Positions 1-8,740 are shown, numbered from the stretch's first letter. The stretch is 64,000 nt of DNA from Candidatus Lustribacter sp. (GCA_965277805.1 OZ255842.1:2848001-2912000); one strand, 5' to 3'. Translations and numbers: made by a program. Notes: generated by a model from the sequence alone, not told the origin.

Positions 1-550
1 CGATCTCGGTGACGACGTCGATCTGATCGTCGACGGCGGCCCGGCCCGCATCGGCGTCGAGTCGACGATCGTCGATCTCACCGGCAGCGTGCCCACGATT
101 TTACGTCACGGGGCGATCGGCGCAACCGAACTCGCCGTCGCGCTCGGCACGCCGGTTGCAGATCAGCCCGGGAGTGCCTCGACGGTGCGCGCGCCGGGCA
201 TGCTCGCCGCGCACTACGCGCCGCGAGCGGCGCTCGTGCTCGCGGAAGACGGCGCCGCCGCCGCGACCGCCGCGCAACTGCGCGCGAGCGGCGGCCACGT
301 CGCCGAGCTCACGCTCCCGGAAGATCCAAGTGCCGCCGCGCGTTCGCTCTACGCGTCGCTGCGCGCGCTCGATGCCGAGGGCTACGACACGATCGTAGTC
401 ACGGTGCCCTCCGATATCGAAGCGAACGCCGCCGTGCGCGACCGTCTGCGCCGCGCCGCAACGCCGGCGCTCACGATCGCGGAAGTGCGGCAGTCTTGGC
501 CGCAAGCCTCCGCACCGAGTCGTCGATTGCGTACGCCTCGAGATCAGTAA
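1..550 (+). CDS. sua5: L-threonylcarbamoyladenylate synthase (Sua5 type), 5'-partial
   Basis: Frame from base 2 reads DLIVDGGPARIGVESTIVDLT..ILRHG, followed by the Sua5 linker motif APGMLAAHYAP. Confidence 0.9.
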   Translation, partial: DLGDDVDLIVDGGPARIGVESTIVDLTGSVPTILRHGAIGATELAVALGTPVADQPGSASTVRAPGMLAAHYAPRAALVLAEDGAAAATAAQLRASGGHVAELTLPEDPSAAARSLYASLRALDAEGYDTIVVTVPSDIEANAAVRDRLRRAATPALTIAEVRQSWPQASAPSRRLRTPRDQ

Positions 551-1028
551 GCGCGATCCAGCGCACGTCGTGCGATTCTTCGTTGCGTACCAGCGGTTCG
601 CGCGGATCCGCTTCGAGCGCGAAACGCAGATCGTAGTGATCGTGCGCGGGTTCGCCGCCCCGGGCCGGGATGGCGTGAACGTCGATGTCGTAGATGTCGT
701 CGGTGATCGCCCGCAACGTGCGCAAGCCCGATTCCTCGCGCGCTTCGCGCAAGGCCGAACGGCGCACGTCGGGATCGCCGTCGACGTGCCCGCCGAGCTG
801 CAGCCAGCGTTCGAGTTTGCGATGGTGCAGCAACACCGCGTGCGCGCGTTGCGGATCGACGATCCAGGCCGACGCCGTAACGTGACCCGGTACCAGCGCC
901 CGATCGAACGCACGGGCGCCGTGCATTTCAAGAAACGCGACGAGCCGGTCGCGCATCGCTCGCTCGCGATCGTCGATCGGACGGTATCCGCGCACATCGT
1001 CCAGGAGTTCGCTCGCGGGGTTAAACAT
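471..1028 (-). CDS. NUDIX hydrolase
   Basis: Nudix box GGHVDGDPDVRRSALREAREESGL; GHVTASAW and HxHYDLRF motifs. Confidence 0.9.
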   Translation of the reverse strand: MFNPASELLDDVRGYRPIDDRERAMRDRLVAFLEMHGARAFDRALVPGHVTASAWIVDPQRAHAVLLHHRKLERWLQLGGHVDGDPDVRRSALREAREESGLRTLRAITDDIYDIDVHAIPARGGEPAHDHYDLRFALEADPREPLVRNEESHDVRWIALTDLEAYAIDDSVRRLAAKTAALPRS

Positions 1029-1038
1029 TAGGACCGGA

Positions 1039-2028
1039 ATGTTTCATCCATTGCCGGCCTCGATCCCGCGCGCTCGCGTGGCCGATATCGCCGTGTTTGC
1101 GCCGGCCGGCCGTCTCACCAACGCGGATCTCGCGAAGATGGTCGAGACGAGCGATGAATGGATCGTGCAACGCACCGGAATTCACGAACGCAGTATCGCC
1201 GACGGCAATCAATACGCCAGCGACTTGTGTCTGGAAGCCGTCCGCCGTCTCCGCGATCGCGTCGGCTCGCTCGACCGCGTGGACACCGTGATCGCGGCGA
1301 CCTCGACGGCCGACTACGTCTTCCCGAGCCTCGCCGCGCAAGTGCAGTTCGGCGCGAACTTGCCGCACGCCGGCGCATTCGACGTCGGCGCCGCGTGCGC
1401 GGGCTTTCCTTACGCAATCAACATCGCGAGCGCGCTCGTGGCCTCGGGACAGGCGCGCGAAGTGCTGGTCGTCGGCGGCGAAGTGATGACCAAAGCACTC
1501 GACTACACCGATCGCTCGACGTGCATTCTCTTCGGCGACGGCGCGGGCGCGGCGCTGGTGGTTCCGGCCGACGAGCAATCTTACATCGAGCGCTGCACCT
1601 ACGCGTGCGACGGCGAAGGCGGCAAGTATCTCTACCGCACCAACATCCGTCACGAGATCGCCGGAAAGGAAGACGACACCGGACTCTTACGGCAGTCCGG
1701 CTCCGATGTGTATAAGTGGGCGGTCCGGCGAATCTCAGAGGCGATCCGCGACATGCTCGCCGCGGAGAACCTGACGCCCGGCGACATCGATTGGTTCGTT
1801 CCGCATAGCGCGAACTTGCGGATCGTCGAGGCGCTCTGCGCCCGAACAGGAATCGCTCGCGAGCGTACGCTCACGAGCATCGAACACTACGGCAACACGT
1901 CGACCGCTTCGATTCCGCTGGCACTGATGCCGGCGATCGAAGACGGCCGCATCAAACGCGGAGACCGCCTCCTCCTCTATGGGTTCGGAGGCGGTCTCGT
2001 CCACGCCGGCACGCTATTGCGCTGGTAG
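1039..2028 (+). CDS. fabH: 3-oxoacyl-ACP synthase III
   Basis: ETSDEWIVQRTGI, AACAGF (Cys), PHSAN (His), GNTSTASIP (Asn). Confidence 0.93.
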   Translation: MFHPLPASIPRARVADIAVFAPAGRLTNADLAKMVETSDEWIVQRTGIHERSIADGNQYASDLCLEAVRRLRDRVGSLDRVDTVIAATSTADYVFPSLAAQVQFGANLPHAGAFDVGAACAGFPYAINIASALVASGQAREVLVVGGEVMTKALDYTDRSTCILFGDGAGAALVVPADEQSYIERCTYACDGEGGKYLYRTNIRHEIAGKEDDTGLLRQSGSDVYKWAVRRISEAIRDMLAAENLTPGDIDWFVPHSANLRIVEALCARTGIARERTLTSIEHYGNTSTASIPLALMPAIEDGRIKRGDRLLLYGFGGGLVHAGTLLRW

Positions 2029-2029
2029 A

Positions 2030-2374
2030 TTACTCGACTTTTTTGACGCTGTTGTTCTGACGAAGCAGCAGGATGCGGTCGGCATGGCGCTGGCCGAGGA
2101 ACTTCTGGTCGTAGTAGACCTTGACGTACTGACCGGCTTTGATGGCGCGCATCTGGTACGTGGTCTTGCCATCGCCCGAGAAGACTTGGTCGAACTTCGG
2201 CAAGATCATGAAGCTGAGCTGTTTGCCCGTTCCGTCGGTGATCTTGATGTTATTGTCCGACACGTGGTTTACGATGCCGGAAACGTTCGCCGAACCGACC
2301 TTTGCGGCGCTGGCCGGAGCGGCCAGGAAGCTTCCCAGGAAGAGGCTGAGCATCAATAATGACAGTTTTTTCAT
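2030..2374 (-). CDS. Small secreted protein, OB-fold/DUF5666-like
   Basis: ATG at 2374 gives signal peptide MKKLSLLMLSLFLGSFLAAPASAA; beta-rich mature part ending HADRI. Confidence 0.7.
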   Translation of the reverse strand: MKKLSLLMLSLFLGSFLAAPASAAKVGSANVSGIVNHVSDNNIKITDGTGKQLSFMILPKFDQVFSGDGKTTYQMRAIKAGQYVKVYYDQKFLGQRHADRILLLRQNNSVKKVE

Positions 2375-2582
2375 ACAGACGACTTTCCGCGCAATTGCGC
2401 CCCGATGAGTAGACAAGCATCCTCGTACCCACCTCGCCTGAAAATCAACCGCCCCGGTCCCCTGCCCCCGGCCGGGCACTCCGCGGGGGCGGCGGCGGGT
2501 GCGAATTGCTTAGCAAAAAACTTAGTTTTTTCTTCGTGATTTTCTAGCGAAACAAAGCGAATTGCGCGTGCGTAAACCGTGC

Positions 2583-2945
2583 ATGCTAGAACGCAAACAA
2601 TTTCTCGCCCTCGCTGCCGGTGCCGCGCTCACACTCGCAACCGTTGCGCCGGCCTTCGCAGCCGGCGGTCAAACCGGCGCCATTCGCGGAACGATCGTCG
2701 ATGGGAGCAACGTCGCGCTCGCGGGCGCCGATGTCCAGCTCCAAGGGCCGAACGGGCGTTACACGGCTCACACCGACTCGCGCGGGAAGTTCTCGCTCAT
2801 CGGCGTGCTGGCCGATACGTACACGCTGACGGTGCGGAAAGACGGCACCGTGCGCATCAGTCAGCCCGGCGTCGGCGTCTCCGGTGACGGCACGGTCGAC
2901 CTCGGAACGATCATTGCACCCAACCCTTCAAGTGCTGGATCGTAA
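2583..2945 (+). CDS. Secreted carboxypeptidase-regulatory-like (prealbumin-fold) domain protein
   Basis: Tat-like ERKQFL signal; IRGTIVD..LAGADV..TDSRGKF..YTLTV pattern. Confidence 0.75.
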   Translation: MLERKQFLALAAGAALTLATVAPAFAAGGQTGAIRGTIVDGSNVALAGADVQLQGPNGRYTAHTDSRGKFSLIGVLADTYTLTVRKDGTVRISQPGVGVSGDGTVDLGTIIAPNPSSAGS

Positions 2946-3471
2946 ACACCAGCGCTAATAGGACCAGCACGGTTCCGGCACCGCGTTCGGCGAGTTGTTC
3001 GTAGCGCTCGCCGAGCAACGTGCCGAACTTCAGCCCGGCCGACGTGAAGATCACCGTGCTGACCGCAACCGTCGCCAGCAGCGGAACGAGCGGGAGCGGG
3101 ACGCCGGGCAGCGACACGCCGATGCCGAGCGAATCCAAGCTGATCGACAGACATGTGGCAATCAGCCCGAGCGGCTTGTCGGTGTTCATGACCGATTCGG
3201 CGTCCTGGAAACTCTCGCGGATGATGAAGATGCCGACGGCGGCGAGAACCGCGAAGCCGGCGTAGTCGGCAATCGCGCCGATGAGGTGTCCGACGCCGCT
3301 GCCGATCGCGTAGCCGGCCAGCTGCATCAGCACTTCGGAGGACGAGAAGGCGATCGCCAACTTCAACCGGTTGCGCCACGGCGTCCGCATGATGCCGATC
3401 GCGATGGAAAGCGCGAGAACGTCGAGACCCACCGCGAACGCGATGCCCAGAATCTTGAGTTCGGCGGCCAT
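2911..3471 (-). CDS. mntP: MntP family manganese efflux pump
   Basis: Two repeats AVGLDVLALSIAIG and SISLDSLGIGVS; about 6 TM helices; alternative GTG start at 3477. Confidence 0.8.
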   Translation of the reverse strand: MAAELKILGIAFAVGLDVLALSIAIGIMRTPWRNRLKLAIAFSSSEVLMQLAGYAIGSGVGHLIGAIADYAGFAVLAAVGIFIIRESFQDAESVMNTDKPLGLIATCLSISLDSLGIGVSLPGVPLPLVPLLATVAVSTVIFTSAGLKFGTLLGERYEQLAERGAGTVLVLLALVFTIQHLKGWVQ

Positions 3472-3530
3472 CGTCACGGAACGGGAGTACCGAACAGGGT
3501 GTGCTTCGTCCTTGCCGTAGTTTTGAAGCC

Positions 3531-4772
3531 TTGCGAAAACTCAAAATGGGTGTCGTCGGCCTCGGACAAGGCGCCGCTCAAGTTCTGCCGACACTCTACA
3601 CGCTGCCCGAAACCCAACTCGTCGCCGGCGCGGATCCGAACGAGCGCATGCGTGCGGGCCTGCTCGAGCGGTTTCCGGGAACGCGCGCTTACGATTCGCT
3701 CGAGGCGCTGTGCAAGGATCCGGAAGTCGAAGCCGTCTGGGTCGCCACGCCGAACCGCTTCCACTGCGAGCATGCGCTGACGGCGATGCGCAGCGGCAAG
3801 CACGTGATCGTCGAGAAGCCGATGGCCGTCACGATCGAGGAAACCGATCGGATGGTGGAGGCCGCGGCAGAGTGCGGCGTGCATCTCGTCGCCGCGCATA
3901 CCTCGAGCTATAGCCTGCCGGTGCGCGCGATGCGCAAGATTGCCGCGGCCGAACTCGGCACCGTACGTTCGGTGCTGATGTGGTCGTACATGGACTGGAT
4001 GCTCCGCGCGCGCACGCCGGAAGAGCTTTCGGCCGAAGCCGGCAGCGGCATCGTGCACCGGCAGGGCCCGCACCAGATCGACGTGCTGCGTTTGCTCGGC
4101 GGCGGCAAACTGCGCAGCGTGCGCGGCACGATGGGCGCGTGGATGCCCGAGCGCACGATCCCCGGCTTCTACTCCGCGTTCTTCGAATTCGAGAACGGCA
4201 CGTCGGCAACGATCACGCTCAACGGCTACGGCTACTTCATGGCGGGCGAAGTGATGCCGGGTCAGCTCGATCACTGGCGCTATAACGATGACGATCGCGT
4301 CGCCCTGCGCAAAGCGATGCGCTCGGGCAGCCGCGATGAGGAAAAGGAAAAGGAAGAATTCCGCATCGGCGGCCGCCGCGATCCGACGGTCAAGGGCGCG
4401 GAGGCGGGGCCGACGCCGTGGGGACCGGTCGACCTCGGCATGCTGATCGTCACGTGCGACCGCGGCGACATGCGCCACTCCGCGCACGGCGTGTACGTCT
4501 ACGGCGATGACGGCAAGAAAGAAGTGAGCCTCGATCACCTGCAACGCGAGGGCTACGCCAACGAAGGCGGCGCAACGCTCGGCGCGGTGATGGAACTCTA
4601 TAACGCCGTCACCACGGGCGAGCCGATCTATCACAGCGGCGCCTGGGGCCGCGCGACGCTCGAGGCCACGCTCGGCATCGTGACGTCTGCGCGCGAACAC
4701 CGCGAAGTGATCCTCGAACGCCAAGTCGCAATGCCGGAAAGCTACGACGCCGGCATGCTGCTGCACGCATAG
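3531..4772 (+). CDS. Gfo/Idh/MocA oxidoreductase (phthalate cis-dihydrodiol dehydrogenase-like)
   Basis: GVVGLG Rossmann motif, ATPNRFH, VEKPMA, QGPHQID; start uncertain (3501/3531/3546). Confidence 0.85.
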   Translation: MRKLKMGVVGLGQGAAQVLPTLYTLPETQLVAGADPNERMRAGLLERFPGTRAYDSLEALCKDPEVEAVWVATPNRFHCEHALTAMRSGKHVIVEKPMAVTIEETDRMVEAAAECGVHLVAAHTSSYSLPVRAMRKIAAAELGTVRSVLMWSYMDWMLRARTPEELSAEAGSGIVHRQGPHQIDVLRLLGGGKLRSVRGTMGAWMPERTIPGFYSAFFEFENGTSATITLNGYGYFMAGEVMPGQLDHWRYNDDDRVALRKAMRSGSRDEEKEKEEFRIGGRRDPTVKGAEAGPTPWGPVDLGMLIVTCDRGDMRHSAHGVYVYGDDGKKEVSLDHLQREGYANEGGATLGAVMELYNAVTTGEPIYHSGAWGRATLEATLGIVTSAREHREVILERQVAMPESYDAGMLLHA

Positions 4773-4792
4773 CAGGAGCAGCTCCGTATTCG

Positions 4793-5075
4793 TTACGCTT
4801 CCCTTGCCGTTTCGATCGCGGCTAACAATCTCTCTCGATTGATCGGTTTCGTAAGATAGGCTCGGACCCCAAGCGCCGCGCTGCCGGCGACGAACGATCT
4901 GTCGGAGGTCGCCGAACAGACGACGATTTTGACTTCGCGGTCCAAACGCTGAAGCGCCTGAATGGCGACGATTCCATTGTGGCCGTCCATCAATATGTCC
5001 ATCGTGACGACGTCGGGCCAATGCTCGGTATATTTCCGGATCTCTTCGGTCGAACCAGCTTCAACCACGTCAGTC
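4793..5075 (-). pseudogene. 5'-truncated CheY-like receiver domain
   Basis: PDVVTMDILMD..NGI..KIVVCSA..AYLTKP present; the N-terminal beta1 'IVDD' segment is missing. Confidence 0.65.
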
Positions 5076-5094
5076 GAGTCCTTCCATCCATGCG

Positions 5095-5345
5095 GCCATA
5101 TCTGCCGTCCGGCACCGCGTCGTCGAGCGTTTGGCTCAGGACGACCTGGACCGAGGCGAGATCGCCGATGCGTTTGCTTTAGCCGAAGAGCTGCGCGAGG
5201 CCGATAGCGCGAGCGAGGCCGCATACGAGCTGCTCATTCGCGCGTACGTGCGCTCCGGAAACACTGCTGGTGCGCTTCGCGAGTATAGGGCGTACAGCGA
5301 CACCTGATGCAAGACCTCGACGTTGCTCCATCGTTCTCGATAGAG
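5095..5345 (+). pseudogene. BTAD (bacterial transcriptional activator domain) remnant, frameshifted
   Basis: Reads SEAAYELLIRAYVRSGNTAGALREYRAYSDT then TGA at 5305; a shifted frame continues LMQDLDVAPS; no start codon. Confidence 0.6.
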
Positions 5346-5379
5346 CAAGCGCCATCAGCGCGCGCCGGAGCGGAGGGGC

Positions 5380-5496
5380 CTAAGCCGCAACGACGGGATC
5401 TACCGGGCGATCCTTCCAGTAGCGCAGCCATCCAAAGACTCCGGCCGCCATGATGATGCCGAAGCCGACGATGGTGGCCGCAAGGGTAGCCGTCAT
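5380..5496 (-). CDS. 38-aa single-pass membrane peptide
   Basis: MTATLAATIVGFGIIMAAGVFGWLRYWKDRPVDPVVAA; ATGA overlap with upstream ORF 5493-5717. Confidence 0.4.
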   Translation of the reverse strand: MTATLAATIVGFGIIMAAGVFGWLRYWKDRPVDPVVAA

Positions 5497-5694
5497 TGCT
5501 GCCGCTCGGGCGTGCAAAGCTCGCTGAAGAACGAGAGCAGCGTTCCGCCGACGCACCCGGCCGTGAAGCAGTCATGCCGTTCGCAGTACGCCGCCGTGTG
5601 CCGTGGTGCGCTCGCGCCGGTTGGCTTCGCGGCGGTTCCGCTATGCCGAGCAGTCAGCGCAAGGCGACAGAATATCGGCGGTGATTCCGCGCCG

Positions 5695-5994
5695 TCACTC
5701 GGTTTGAAAATACTCAAGCAATGTCATGGCATAGTGCACCGCACTTTCGCGGTCATGCCGCTCGACGGGCTCATCGAGACACGTCTCTACCGGCTCGCCA
5801 TTCCTACGAAACGTAAACTGCCAGGGCTCGCGTGCAGCCGAGAGCGTGACAGTGAGATCGGCGTAGCGCCATTCAAAGCAATCGTCGCTTACCCAGGCCA
5901 CACCGACCTTTGGCAGCAGGCGCTGCGTCCACTCGGTGACGATCGTGCCGAAGTCCAACGGTGACAGCGCCGGACCCGATTGGCGTTCATCCAT
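5695..5994 (-). CDS. Hypothetical protein (99 aa)
   Basis: MDERQSGP..LLEYFQTE; protein-like composition; start overlaps the stop of the upstream frame. Confidence 0.5.
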   Translation of the reverse strand: MDERQSGPALSPLDFGTIVTEWTQRLLPKVGVAWVSDDCFEWRYADLTVTLSAAREPWQFTFRRNGEPVETCLDEPVERHDRESAVHYAMTLLEYFQTE

Positions 5995-6383
5995 CGGACC
6001 CGCTGCGCGCCATCTTCCATCCGGCCAGCAGGACGCCGATTGTCGTCGCGATCCCCGCAATCCAGGCATACGGATCGGTGGGGTAGCGCCTGACTTCGAG
6101 CCACCCGAACACGGTGCCGATAGCAAACACGCCGACGAGCCACGGCCACGCCCGGCTGTTAGCTGTGATCCGGTTTGCCCTGCCGCGTGACCGGGCTTTC
6201 GACGATCAGCACGCCCTTGGCATCCGCGCTAATCACATGCCCGTCTTGGCGAAGCTCGCCGAGGATAATGGCGGGCCCGTTGGTGTGGTCAATCGCCTCG
6301 ATCTGTACCGGCTCCGTTATCCCGTTATAGCCGCGCTCGTTGTCAGCAAAGCTGTCTTCGTTCGCATCGTGGTCGGGGTCCAT
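5987..6383 (-). pseudogene. Possible frameshifted membrane protein
   Basis: MDPDHD.. stops at 6159; a second frame with no start reads AWPWLVGVFAIGTVFGWLEVRRYPTDPYAWIAGIATTIGVLLAGWK (2 TM) to TGA at 5987. Confidence 0.4.
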
Positions 6384-6682
6384 AAGCGTTGCCTGCGATC
6401 TCCCGCTGGGGGGTAAAGCCAAAATCAATTCTTGCTTTATTCCCCGCGTCACTTCGCGCAAACCACTGCCCTTAAGTGGGAGCGGTCGAAAGATGGGGAC
6501 ATTTAGGCCGCCATCGCGTACTACGCTGCCACAAGCAAGAAACAATCCGGCCATTACTCAAGCATCCCGTGGTCCCGACCCGTGAACCCGTATGGTCCCA
6601 GCGCACGCTAACTGTCAGACGAGAGGCATCCGCTTCCGATGTACTGCATAAAACGCATTCATCGCGCGCCACGAGGGTTGCT

Positions 6683-6898
6683 ATGCTTCGAGACCTTCAC
6701 GCTTTGCGTTTGGCGCTGCCCGGCACGCCGCGCTTTGGCATAACCCAGAGTTCGAGTGACGGGAAGTCCTTCGCGTATAATTGGCCGTGCGGCTGTTCTG
6801 CTCACGGGCCGGACGATCATGCGATGAACGTCGTTTGCTGCGGTTCGCATGCCGATTTGCTCGCAGCTACATCGGCGGCGAAAACGCGCGACACGTGA
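6683..6898 (+). CDS. Small Cys/His-rich hypothetical protein
   Basis: GAGGG RBS-like site, ATG 6683; WPCGC and CCGSH motifs. Confidence 0.5.
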   Translation: MLRDLHALRLALPGTPRFGITQSSSDGKSFAYNWPCGCSAHGPDDHAMNVVCCGSHADLLAATSAAKTRDT

Positions 6899-6970
6899 TG
6901 CCGGATCGCGCCGCGCCCCATCACTTCGCCGCTCGCGCTCCCTCGGGACCTCGCTAAGATCGCGTTACAA

Positions 6971-7243
6971 ATGGCCCTCCGTCACACTTGTACGGCGGGC
7001 ACCGCGCTAGACTGGGCCATGACCAAAGGGCCCGCGCGCTGGGTCCGGGGGGCTTCCGGCCGCGCCCATCTCGACCTCGGTGAACGATCAACAGAATCGC
7101 TCCGCGTGCAGGCCGACCGCGTCATCGTCACCGCCTGCCGCGCGCATCTCGCTGAAGCCGCGGCCGAAGTCGTCGCCGACACCTTCGCGCCCAAGTGCTC
7201 GAACTGCGTACGCTTCGCCCGCACACTCACGCCGCAATTGTGA
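6971..7243 (+). CDS. Small putative zinc-binding hypothetical protein
   Basis: H..TAC..CSNC arrangement; alternative ATG at 7019. Confidence 0.5.
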   Translation: MALRHTCTAGTALDWAMTKGPARWVRGASGRAHLDLGERSTESLRVQADRVIVTACRAHLAEAAAEVVADTFAPKCSNCVRFARTLTPQL

Positions 7244-7443
7244 GAGCCCACCGCTTCGCCCCCTCAGCAGAACCCGACCAAGACACAACGATCCCAAAGC
7301 GAGATAACCCAAAAGGGTGATGCCCTGAGCCGCAGCACGCCAACGAGCGAAACAATCGAAAAAGAGAACAACTGGCGAAGGCCGCAATTGAATCGCCAGC
7401 GCCGACTCAATCCAACGGCGCGAGGCAAATGCTTCACCACTGA

Positions 7444-7671
7444 AGCGCCAAGCTCGCGCGCTGCCGAGTCAAATGCTTCACTCTGTACGCCGCACGCGCG
7501 CAGACTTCAGAACAGCAAAAGGCGCCGTCACCACCTGCGCTTATCGAGATGCTGCTCGCCGATGGTGTTGATGCCGTGCTCGTTCCTGCATGGGGTCGCC
7601 TTGCACGCAATGTCATGCTCGATGGACCGAATGGCAACCGCGGGCGAATAAAGGCCGATTTTCCCTCGTAA
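7444..7671 (+). pseudogene. Possible serine recombinase fragment
   Basis: Start-less frame containing PALIEMLLADGVDAVLVPAWGRLARNV, resembling the DxxxVxxxDRLxR motif; ends beside the tRNA 3' end. Confidence 0.3.
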
Positions 7672-7677
7672 ATCCCG

Positions 7678-7764
7678 AGGAGAGAGTGGGATTCGAACCC
7701 ACGGAGCCCGTGAAGGCTCTGCAGTTTTCAAGACTGCTGCATTAAACCGCTCTGCCATCTCTCC
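7678..7764 (-). tRNA. tRNA-Ser(UGA)
   Basis: Acceptor GGAGAGA/TCTCTCC; anticodon arm GCAGT-CTTGAAA-ACTGC; long variable arm GAGCCT-TCAC-GGGCTC; T arm GTGGG-TTCGAAT-CCCAC; CCA not encoded. Confidence 0.97.
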
Positions 7765-8740
7765 CGATGGAGCCCGACCCGATCTCGCCATTTCTCACTC
7801 CGGCGCCGCCGCGCCTGGCTGCGACTGCGGACGCCATGCGGCGCAAGCGGCGCAAGCCGTGGCGGAAAACGCCGAGGGGCAGGTAGGGAAACAAGATGTC
7901 GCGGCGATCGTTGCAAAAGTTCAGCGACGAGACCAGCGCCGGGTCGTCCGATGGGAGGTTCCATCGATCGCGGAAATGTTCGAAGCTCGAGCGATTGTTC
8001 TCGCGACTCCAGCGCCACGAAAAGAACGGCAAGCTCTGCAGATCAGCCGGGAACGGCGACGGAAGTAGTTGGGTTACGGCCGATGATGGCTCGAACATCA
8101 GCGTTGCGCCCGCGGTGCGCGCGGTAAAGCAGAAGTCGACGTGGTCGTTACCGTTCAGGTACGCTTCATCGAAACGGCCGATACGATCGAAGAGCGATCT
8201 GCGCACGAGCAGGCAATGCATCTCGAACATCTCCACCGGTTCACGCTCCAGCCCGGCGGCGACGGCGGCGACGGGGCGGGCCACGTAGCGCATGGATTCG
8301 CGCAAGCGGCGGCCGGAGGGCGTGTTCTCGATCCGCGCCTCCCCGCCGGCGAGATGGACTTTCGTAAACGCCGGCTCACCGTGACACACGAGCGGCCCCA
8401 CGACATCGGCTCCGCTTTCGTCCGCGCACGCCACGAGCCGCTCGAGCCAGCCGGCGGCGAAGAGCAGATCGTTGTCGACGAATACGACGTACTCGCTCGA
8501 GCTCGCGTTCAAACCGAGGTTGCGCGCTGCATTGCAGGCGAGAAAACGTTCATGCCGGAGCACCCGGAACCCGCGCCGGCGTCCCTGGTCCTCAATGAGT
8601 TCGCGAATCGCGCGCGGTGAGCCGGCGTCGACGTAGACGAGGTCGAACGGCAGGCCGGCGTTCGCGTACAAGCTATCTAGCGAACGCCCGGTGTAGCCAA
8701 AAACCTCGCGTTGGATAACAACGACGGTCACTCGACCCAT
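7742..8740 (-). CDS. Glycosyltransferase family 2
   Basis: VYVDAGS, ARNLG, YVVFVDND (DxD), IGRFDE..DHVDFC. Confidence 0.88.
   Translation of the reverse strand: MGRVTVVVIQREVFGYTGRSLDSLYANAGLPFDLVYVDAGSPRAIRELIEDQGRRRGFRVLRHERFLACNAARNLGLNASSSEYVVFVDNDLLFAAGWLERLVACADESGADVVGPLVCHGEPAFTKVHLAGGEARIENTPSGRRLRESMRYVARPVAAVAAGLEREPVEMFEMHCLLVRRSLFDRIGRFDEAYLNGNDHVDFCFTARTAGATLMFEPSSAVTQLLPSPFPADLQSLPFFSWRWSRENNRSSFEHFRDRWNLPSDDPALVSSLNFCNDRRDILFPYLPLGVFRHGLRRLRRMASAVAARRGGAGVRNGEIGSGSIGRDGRAV

Noticed and set aside
2440..2500. G-runs on the minus strand (possible G-quadruplex)
   Set aside because: Only three long G-runs, competing Watson-Crick hairpin, and common in high-GC DNA
6455..6510. GCAAACCA..TCGAAAGATGGGGAC, reminiscent of a c-di-GMP-I riboswitch
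   Set aside because: Elements are in the wrong order and spacing, and the GCAAAGCC/P3 arrangement is missing; an Infernal scan would settle it
4773..7677. attL/attR duplication or intact integrase for the island
   Set aside because: No repeat of the tRNA 3' end and no intact recombinase found by eye
7528..7791. 87-aa minus-strand ORF
   Set aside because: It is a translation of the tRNA-Ser gene
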